A stretch of DNA of 64,000 nucleotides. Origin: an uncultured Gammaproteobacteria bacterium (lineage in GTDB: Bacteria; Patescibacteriota; Patescibacteriia; JAHIZJ01). How positions within the stretch are numbered: position 1 is the stretch's first letter; every line of letters begins with the position of its first letter. Location: assembly GCA_964594455.1 (NCBI GenBank), contig CAZQLY010000001.1:97-64096 (forward strand), read 5' to 3'. The position numbers and the translations under genes were made by a program. The notes beneath the pieces were generated by a model. It was not told where the DNA came from. It saw nothing but the letters and a program-made list of their open reading frames with translations, and did not search any database. Below, one piece after another: positions 58,401 to 64,000 of the stretch.

Positions 58401-60792
58401 TGAGGCTATTTATGCTTTGCGTGATGAAGCTGTTGATCCTTTGTCTGCCGTGTACTCTAATGTTTCTTCAGGAATATTGCGTACTTATATTTCCCATGAA
58501 GAAAGCGATCTGGCGGCACCGATGGCTGAGCGCGGAGGGTGTTTTCTCGAGGGGACGCAGGTTTTGATGGGTAATGGCGGAAGTAGACCGATAGAAGAAA
58601 TTTCAGTCGGTGAATATGTCTGGACCAGATTCTCTCCGTCAAACGATCAGCTAGTCACGGCACGCGTTGCTGAAAGGTTTGAGCACATTGTAGACACGGT
58701 GATTGCAGTCAACAATGAGTTGTTCATAACACCTAACCATATACTTTGGCTCAATGGTAACTGGCAGCCAGCCGAGAATATCAAACCGGGCGATAAGTTA
58801 GTCAACAATAAGGGTGAGACCGTGTTAGTCAAAACGGTAGAATACCAAAAGGGATTATTTAAGGTCTACAATCTCCACATTGATGATCAACACACTTTTT
58901 TTGCCTCAGGTATTTACGTGCATAATGACAAGGCTGGTGCCAGGAAGAATTTCCAGGACGCAGCGCTGTTTGAAGAAGTTGAGACGGGCCTCCTCGGGCA
59001 AGCCACTACAACTTTCACATTGCCTGACAATATCACTTCCTGGCGCGTGACCGCTCAAGGCATCAGCGATGATTTGGATGTTGGCAGTACCACCGAATTA
59101 ATACCGGTAACGCTACCACTCTTTGTTGAAACAAATATCGCCCGTGAGTATTTAACGGGGGATCAGCCGATAATAAAAGTCTATGGTTATGGCAGTGATT
59201 TGGAGTCGGGTGACGCTGTAGATTTAAATGTCAGCATTGAGGACCTAAATTACGATACGACGCAAAACGGTCAGGCTTTTGAACCATCCAGTTTTGAACT
59301 GCCGGAAATGACTAGCGGAGTTTATGACGTGTATATTACTGCCACGGCTGGAAATCAAGAGGACACAATTTTGAAGAAGCTGAGCGTGATTGATAGTCAT
59401 TGGGAAAAAGAATCAGCGAATTATTATACCCTAGAAGAGGGTTTGCAGATTGAAGGCGCCGATGACCGACAAACAACACTGTTGTTTATGGATCGCAACC
59501 GAGGATACTTTTATCGCGATTTGTTAAGACTGTATTACAGCTGGGGCGAACGGGTAGACCAAAAATACGCCAAGAAATTAGCTGCGGAGTACATGAATAC
59601 ATATTTTGAAGATAGCTATAATGTTGAAGATTTTGATGGATCAGTTTATCAGACATCAGATGGTGGAATTTCCATCCTGCCGTATTCGTCATCAGAATTT
59701 GAGTTGTCAGCGCATTTAGCAAATCTGGCACCTGGAGAATTTGATGCCAGCGCTCTGACCAACTATTTCACTAACTTTGTAACGAGTGAAGATGCAAATC
59801 TGGAAGAAGTAATTATTGCTTATTACGGTTTGGCAAATTTAGGTGAGGCGGTATTAAATCAAGTTATCCAGATATACGAAAATAATGAGATCAGCGATCA
59901 ACTAAAATTGTATGTGGCCCTGACTCTGGACAAATTAGGGGCTGGTGAATATGCCCGGGTGATTTACAACGATGTTGTTAACCGGCTGGCTGAGACTCAA
60001 GATCCTTATATCAGATTACTTCTAGGAGAAGATGAAGATGATTATTTGAAATACACAGTTTTGGCGTCTATTTTAGCCAACAGTCTTTCGACAGATGAAG
60101 AGAGTGGTTTATATGAGTATGTCAGAAGCAAATGGACTGAGGAAATTTTGATAAACGTTGAAAAATTGATTTATCTACGACAGGCCTTACCCACTGCCGA
60201 AGCCGGACCCGTCAGCTTCAAATACACCGTTGGTAGTCGCTCGGATTTAGTTACCCTAGAGAAATACAAGAAATACAAACTATTATTGTCTCCAGATGAA
60301 CTGGATCAAATAGAGTTTTCTGACATTTCTGGAACTGTGGGTGTGATCAGTTATTATACCGAGCCGGCTAATCCTGATTTGGTGACGGTTGACAATCAAG
60401 TAGGTATATCACGATCCTATCAGGTTGTTGGTGGCGATAGAACTACCAATTTTTCTGAGGGTGACATAGTGCTGGTTACTCTAGATCACCAGATTAATAA
60501 TAACGCCATTGACGAGACATACCAAGTGACTGACTATCTGCCCAGTGGCTTAACTGTGATTAGCGAACCATTCTCTCGACTTCAGTACGGAGCCTATGAA
60601 GCCAATTGGCCTTATTTGATTGATGGACAGAAAGTCGCATTCCGGGCTTGGAAAGGCTGGGATAAATTGATCAAGTATTATGCTAGGGTAAATAACCAAG
60701 GCGAGTTCATGACTGATCCAGTGATGATCCAGGGTTACAGAGTGAAAGACAGTCTCAATATGTCGGATACTGTCACAGTAACCATAGAATGA
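55477..60792 (+). CDS. Bacterial alpha-2-macroglobulin-like protein with N-terminal Ig-like domains and an inserted Hint domain
   Basis: DRPIY...V.F.G, YVKPSY, LVDEAIYAL, RKNF.D, LPDNITSWRV.A, DYLPSGL motifs. Confidence 0.9.
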   Translation: MKKATWLKIIPAIALVALLGLFFYLYEPDTKTTEPGDKPFVPVSIENAEGNFKLTAESQDSLGIEPDTKFILTSQEDVSKSEVEESIAVVPALDFEVKETSENNFEIIPTASLTENQIYKFSIGTTVDGQASVALAAEEETDVTEYRWAYQVKKNVKITGTLPRDKGTGVPTNSGIEATFSTDTFYDYDQYFEIMPDVNGTFEKHKRTAVFVPEALESDTLYTVTIKAGLPFDGTDDVLADDYTFKFETTSGRQAGYNYDYFSFRDSVYDYTDQSEPVLEVYNYPKDTEREFTVYQYPNYDTFANALSDYVQYPAWAYYSRNTFTTSTDGLTQVLNFKAVPETYQYRYYVVLPSTLENGYYLIETKTSDQTIQSWIQVSDQAAYLSVSKINTLVWLNDLESQQPIAGGTVTIPGLELEETTNEYGIAFFETPDELSSDEPDKSYIFTLTGSDGTKTVIPGAQSSSYYDYSSESRSDEFWQYLYVDRPIYQKSDTVNFWGLAKLRGSESIPSQATAQLIGFDYTSYYGETTNIAETTVELTDTGTYLGKLSFQNLIPGYYTLKILVDGAEVSRSSVYIQNYVKPSYMIELGTAKKVIVEDENNTVTVSSQFFEGTPVPSVDLTYNSSFGSGGLTTDENGSGSFTLTADGVSNYSETDYVRVYADSAEAADISSEVRYRVYPSDMWLEYDSEVDEQKASLEMDLNYLDLKAMNKDDYDLWSDEIYSGPVSDHKITGTVKKVVYDKIETGQYYDFINKVTRKTYRYDRRLEPYTSFDITTDTNGAALYEFDVEKDSSYEIETSYTDDNNRTVTSKHFLWSGYRYYDADYSDMVRLQNTDEDTIYSLDDPVNFAFLKGDELLPDNEQPNNYLYFQAKAGIQEYWVNPSSSYSFDFSASNIPNTYVYGVWFDGSNYSATDYYYYSYGYGIQYDTSDSEINVEVSSDQSQYQPGEEVTLTVNTSDSNSQPISARVNLNLVDEAIYALRDEAVDPLSAVYSNVSSGILRTYISHEESDLAAPMAERGGCFLEGTQVLMGNGGSRPIEEISVGEYVWTRFSPSNDQLVTARVAERFEHIVDTVIAVNNELFITPNHILWLNGNWQPAENIKPGDKLVNNKGETVLVKTVEYQKGLFKVYNLHIDDQHTFFASGIYVHNDKAGARKNFQDAALFEEVETGLLGQATTTFTLPDNITSWRVTAQGISDDLDVGSTTELIPVTLPLFVETNIAREYLTGDQPIIKVYGYGSDLESGDAVDLNVSIEDLNYDTTQNGQAFEPSSFELPEMTSGVYDVYITATAGNQEDTILKKLSVIDSHWEKESANYYTLEEGLQIEGADDRQTTLLFMDRNRGYFYRDLLRLYYSWGERVDQKYAKKLAAEYMNTYFEDSYNVEDFDGSVYQTSDGGISILPYSSSEFELSAHLANLAPGEFDASALTNYFTNFVTSEDANLEEVIIAYYGLANLGEAVLNQVIQIYENNEISDQLKLYVALTLDKLGAGEYARVIYNDVVNRLAETQDPYIRLLLGEDEDDYLKYTVLASILANSLSTDEESGLYEYVRSKWTEEILINVEKLIYLRQALPTAEAGPVSFKYTVGSRSDLVTLEKYKKYKLLLSPDELDQIEFSDISGTVGVISYYTEPANPDLVTVDNQVGISRSYQVVGGDRTTNFSEGDIVLVTLDHQINNNAIDETYQVTDYLPSGLTVISEPFSRLQYGAYEANWPYLIDGQKVAFRAWKGWDKLIKYYARVNNQGEFMTDPVMIQGYRVKDSLNMSDTVTVTIE
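58540..58926 (+). other. Hint (intein-like/BIL) domain, 129 aa, no endonuclease
   Basis: Block A CFLEGTQV, block B TPNH, VYNL...FFASGIYVHN; the next residue is Asp. Confidence 0.9.
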
Positions 60793-61676
60793 GGCCAAAT
60801 CGTTCAGTCACTATAACAGTAAGTGCCGCCGCTGTCGCACTAGCGGCTGGTGCTTTCGTATTCTGTCGCTCTGGTGTTAACAGCGAATCGGCTAGTTATA
60901 AATCCCAAGCGTTAAATCCGAGCATGTTTTCAGTTACTGATTTTTTTGCTGAATACGATAACCCTTCTGAAGATGTATGCCATAATTCAATGCTGGGCGG
61001 GATTACCACCCATCATCAGCAAGCTAGTGCCTTGATCGGTCAGTTTTTCAGATGCTTAGCTGTTTCTACCCAACCAGAAACCGTTATTCTAATTGGACCC
61101 AACCATTATCATCAAGGTAGTCGGGGAGTGCTAGTAGCCAGCCAGGCCTGGAATACTACATTTGGAATTGTTGAACCTGACATTGAAAAGATATCAGAAT
61201 TAGCTGAGTCGGATTTAATAGAGATAAATGATTATGTAGTTAGTCAAGACCACGCAGTTGGTTTGCTAGTTCCGTATCTGTCATATTACTTTCCTGAGGC
61301 CAAGGTTGTGCCTTTGTTAATTAATTATAGCGTTAGTGAGTCTCAAGCCGAAAGATTTCAGGAATTCTTATCTCGAGTTATGGATGAAAACACAATAGTT
61401 GTTGGTTCAATAGATTTTTCCCACTATTTAGCCTCAGCTGAGGCGTCTCAGATGGACATTGAAACAGAAAAATTGGTTACAGAATTTAAATTGGATGAAG
61501 TTTACGAATACGGCGATGAACACTATGATACTGCCCCAGGCCTGTATACTATTTTAGCTTTAATGCAAAGACAAAACGCTCGGGCGGAAACGATTGCTCA
61601 CTCAGACACTTCGGCATTTAACGGCGTTTCCAGCTATGTAACCAGTTATTTCAACTGGGTGTTTCTGTCCAAATAA
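60789..61676 (+). CDS. MEMO1/AmmeMemoRadiSam protein B family, with N-terminal membrane anchor
   Basis: THH, ILIGPNH, DHA, SIDFSHY; ATGA overlap with the A2M stop. Confidence 0.85.
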   Translation: MRPNRSVTITVSAAAVALAAGAFVFCRSGVNSESASYKSQALNPSMFSVTDFFAEYDNPSEDVCHNSMLGGITTHHQQASALIGQFFRCLAVSTQPETVILIGPNHYHQGSRGVLVASQAWNTTFGIVEPDIEKISELAESDLIEINDYVVSQDHAVGLLVPYLSYYFPEAKVVPLLINYSVSESQAERFQEFLSRVMDENTIVVGSIDFSHYLASAEASQMDIETEKLVTEFKLDEVYEYGDEHYDTAPGLYTILALMQRQNARAETIAHSDTSAFNGVSSYVTSYFNWVFLSK

Positions 61677-61736
61677 ATTGTATTTATAGTTATGAATGTG
61701 TTAAAGTCAACACATTGTCATTAACTATATTTATAT

Positions 61737-63767
61737 ATGCATGATAATAATCATCAGCACTATCATAACGATGGCGTGGGAAGTGTTGATCACAACATCC
61801 ATCATAAACATATGGTGGCTGATTTTAAGAAAAGATTTTTCATTTGTACTGTATTAACCTTTCCGGTGTTAGCACTAACACCCATAGCCCAAGATCTATT
61901 GGGATTAGAATTTAGCTTTTTAGGTGATTCCTATATTGTCTTAGCGATTTCCACCTTTATCTATTTTTATGGTGGGTGGCCCTTTTTGAAAGAGTTTGTA
62001 AACGAGCTAAAGAAAAAATCGCCAGGTATGATGACTTTAATTGCTGTGGCGATTAGCGTCTCATATATTTACAGTGCTAGCGTAGTATTAGGCGTATCTG
62101 GTAAGTTGTTTTTTTGGGAGCTAGTTACTTTGATTGACGTTATGCTTCTGGGGCATTGGATAGAAATGCGCTCAGTTTTGGGTGCCGGACAAGCACTGAG
62201 TAGTTTAGCTAAATTGATGCCTTCTACAGCCCATAAGATATCTGAGAATGGCGACAGATCTATAAACAACGCCCAGACGGTCAATGATGTACCAATAAAT
62301 TCATTAAAATTAGGGGACTGGGTTCTAGTTAAACCGGGGGAGAAAATCCCGGTAGATGGAGAAGTAACAGAGGGTAAAAGTTCAGTTAATGAGTCAATGC
62401 TGACGGGTGAATCAGAACCGGTTTTGAAGAACCCAGGCCGTAAAGTAGTTGGTGCTTCGATAAATGGTGAAGGATCTCTTTCGGTGCGTGTTGAAAAGGC
62501 TGGGGAAGATTCATATCTAGCTCAAATGATTAATCTAGTTAACGAGGCCCGAAAAAGTAAATCACGGACTCAGGATTTAGCAAACCGGGTGGCTTTATGG
62601 TTAACGATCATTGCTCTGATAGTTGGCAGCGCGACTTTTTTGGTTTGGTTGGTAGCGTCAAATCAGGGTTTATCATTTGCCATAGAACGGGCGGTTACTG
62701 TTATGGTGATTACTTGTCCACACGCTTTAGGTTTAGCCGTTCCACTGGTAGCGGCTGTTTCTACTTCCTTGGCAGCCCGTCGAGGTTTTTTGATCAGAAA
62801 TAGATCAGCCTTTGAAAAAATGAGAAACGTTGATGCTATAGTTTTTGATAAAACAGGTACTTTAACGAAGGGGAGCTTTGAAGTTACAGATGCAATTGCA
62901 TTAACAAACGAGCTAGACGTTGAAGAGGTGATGCGATTGGCTGGCTCGGTTGAAGCACGCTCTAGTCATCCAATCGCTCAAGGCATTGTTAAATCGTCTG
63001 ACAATACATATCAGGTTAAGGATTTTCAAAATATTCCCGGTAAAGGCGCCAAAGCTATCGTAAACGGTAAAGCAATATCTGTTGTCAGCCCTGCCTATTT
63101 GAAAGAAAAAGAAATTTCCATTGATTCAGATAAAATAAAACCAGAGGATAAAGAGGGAAGGGGTGTTGTTTATGTATTGGACAATGATAAACCAATTGGT
63201 GCGATTTATTTAGCCGATATAGTCAGACCGGAATCTAGGCCAGCCATAGAGAAATTAAATGATATGGGTATTAAAACGATAATGATGACTGGTGATAATC
63301 AGCAAGTGGCAGACAGAGTGGCTAAGGAAGTTGGAATAAAAGAATATTTTTCTGAAGTTTTACCAGAAAATAAAGCAGACAAGATAAAAGAAATCCAGTC
63401 CCGCAGCGCCACTGTAGCAATGACCGGAGACGGCGTTAATGACGCACCAGCGTTGGCACAGGCTGATGTTGGAATAGCCATTGGAGCCGGGACTGATGTT
63501 ACGATTGAAACCGCTGACGTCATTTTGGTAAGAAGCAACCCAAAAGATATTGTGGGAATTGTTACCCTATCTCAATCTACCTACCGTAAGATGATCCAGA
63601 ATCTGGTCTGGGCGGTTGGATACAATGCTCTGGCCATACCTTTGGCTGCTGGCGTTTTGTACTACTCGGGTATTGTGCTGGGACCTGCCTTGGGCGCTTT
63701 GCTTATGTCTTTGTCTACAGTGATAGTGGCCGTGAACGCCAGATTTTTGAAATTAAAGACTGCATAG
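61737..63767 (+). CDS. Heavy-metal P1B-type ATPase (CopB-like)
   Basis: His-rich N-terminus, [30 protein letters not shown]. Confidence 0.93.
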   Translation: MHDNNHQHYHNDGVGSVDHNIHHKHMVADFKKRFFICTVLTFPVLALTPIAQDLLGLEFSFLGDSYIVLAISTFIYFYGGWPFLKEFVNELKKKSPGMMTLIAVAISVSYIYSASVVLGVSGKLFFWELVTLIDVMLLGHWIEMRSVLGAGQALSSLAKLMPSTAHKISENGDRSINNAQTVNDVPINSLKLGDWVLVKPGEKIPVDGEVTEGKSSVNESMLTGESEPVLKNPGRKVVGASINGEGSLSVRVEKAGEDSYLAQMINLVNEARKSKSRTQDLANRVALWLTIIALIVGSATFLVWLVASNQGLSFAIERAVTVMVITCPHALGLAVPLVAAVSTSLAARRGFLIRNRSAFEKMRNVDAIVFDKTGTLTKGSFEVTDAIALTNELDVEEVMRLAGSVEARSSHPIAQGIVKSSDNTYQVKDFQNIPGKGAKAIVNGKAISVVSPAYLKEKEISIDSDKIKPEDKEGRGVVYVLDNDKPIGAIYLADIVRPESRPAIEKLNDMGIKTIMMTGDNQQVADRVAKEVGIKEYFSEVLPENKADKIKEIQSRSATVAMTGDGVNDAPALAQADVGIAIGAGTDVTIETADVILVRSNPKDIVGIVTLSQSTYRKMIQNLVWAVGYNALAIPLAAGVLYYSGIVLGPALGALLMSLSTVIVAVNARFLKLKTA

Positions 63768-63768
63768 T

Positions 63769-64000
63769 TCAATCCATATTGACACTGAAGCGCCAAAATG
63801 GAGCGGTCAGGTTTAATCCTCCAGAAGCAAGGTTAATAGCGCGTTTAAGCATGAGTTGAGATAATTGCTCATCCAGAGCACCACGTTTCTCAATATTACC
63901 GGAATAATATTTTTCTAGATTCGATACTGCTCGATCATCACCCAGCTGCCCAAGAGCCCAGATGGCTGAATTTCTGCTGCGTAAGTCATTATCTTCATCG
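63769..64000 (-). CDS. C-terminal part of a HEAT-repeat protein (runs off the window)
   Basis: RNSAIWALGQLGDDRAVSNLEK on the - strand, stop at 63769. Confidence 0.7.
   Translation of the reverse strand, partial: DEDNDLRSRNSAIWALGQLGDDRAVSNLEKYYSGNIEKRGALDEQLSQLMLKRAINLASGGLNLTAPFWRFSVNMD

Noticed and set aside
58540-58926. Canonical mobile intein
   Set aside because: No homing endonuclease, and the +1 residue is Asp; better described as a BIL-type Hint domain.
1-64000. TGA recoding (code 25), CRISPR-Cas, rRNA, transposase, integrase or reverse transcriptase
   Set aside because: Core genes are full length in code 11 and several ORFs end at TGA; no arrays or such enzymes were recognised.

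Overview
A gene-dense window, almost entirely on the + strand, standard code 11. The gene content and style suggest a Patescibacteria/CPR (Parcubacteria-like) chromosome; this is inferred from DUF4012, PsbP-like Asn/Thr-rich surface proteins, PduL+AckA and short palindromic REP-like repeats. 1-15.4 kb is accessory: ArsR regulator, peptidoglycan-hydrolase-like secreted proteins (M23, CHAP, M23+FG-GAP+FlgD/T9SS-like tail), a paralogous variable surface-protein family, and an operon of three stand-alone 7TM sensor-like proteins, an alpha-oxoamine synthase and a 7TM-GAF histidine kinase. 15.5-27 kb is core metabolism and repair (pgk, eno, gpmI, PfkB kinase, pduL, ackA, recJ, RNase HI). 28-41.5 kb holds an enlarged RNase P RNA, a polysaccharide locus, small orphan genes and several unexplained structured RNAs. 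41.6-53.7 kb holds murJ, lepA, FtsB-like, PrsA-like, RlpA-like, ftsEX and four tRNAs. 53.7-64 kb holds a tRNA-Asn-targeted mini-island with a possible DGR-target gene, an alpha-2-macroglobulin with a Hint domain, a MEMO-family protein and a P1B ATPase. Three candidates for undescribed biology stand out: (1) an Asn-rich leader peptide (MKSRSNNQANNNNQF) in a long hairpin directly upstream of tRNA-Asn, suggesting translation-sensed control of a tRNA gene; (2) the 7TM-array/alpha-oxoamine synthase/kinase signalling operon with its own leader peptide; (3) a thioester-less alpha-2-macroglobulin with an intein-like domain in its bait region. All family calls come from motif recognition, not database searches.
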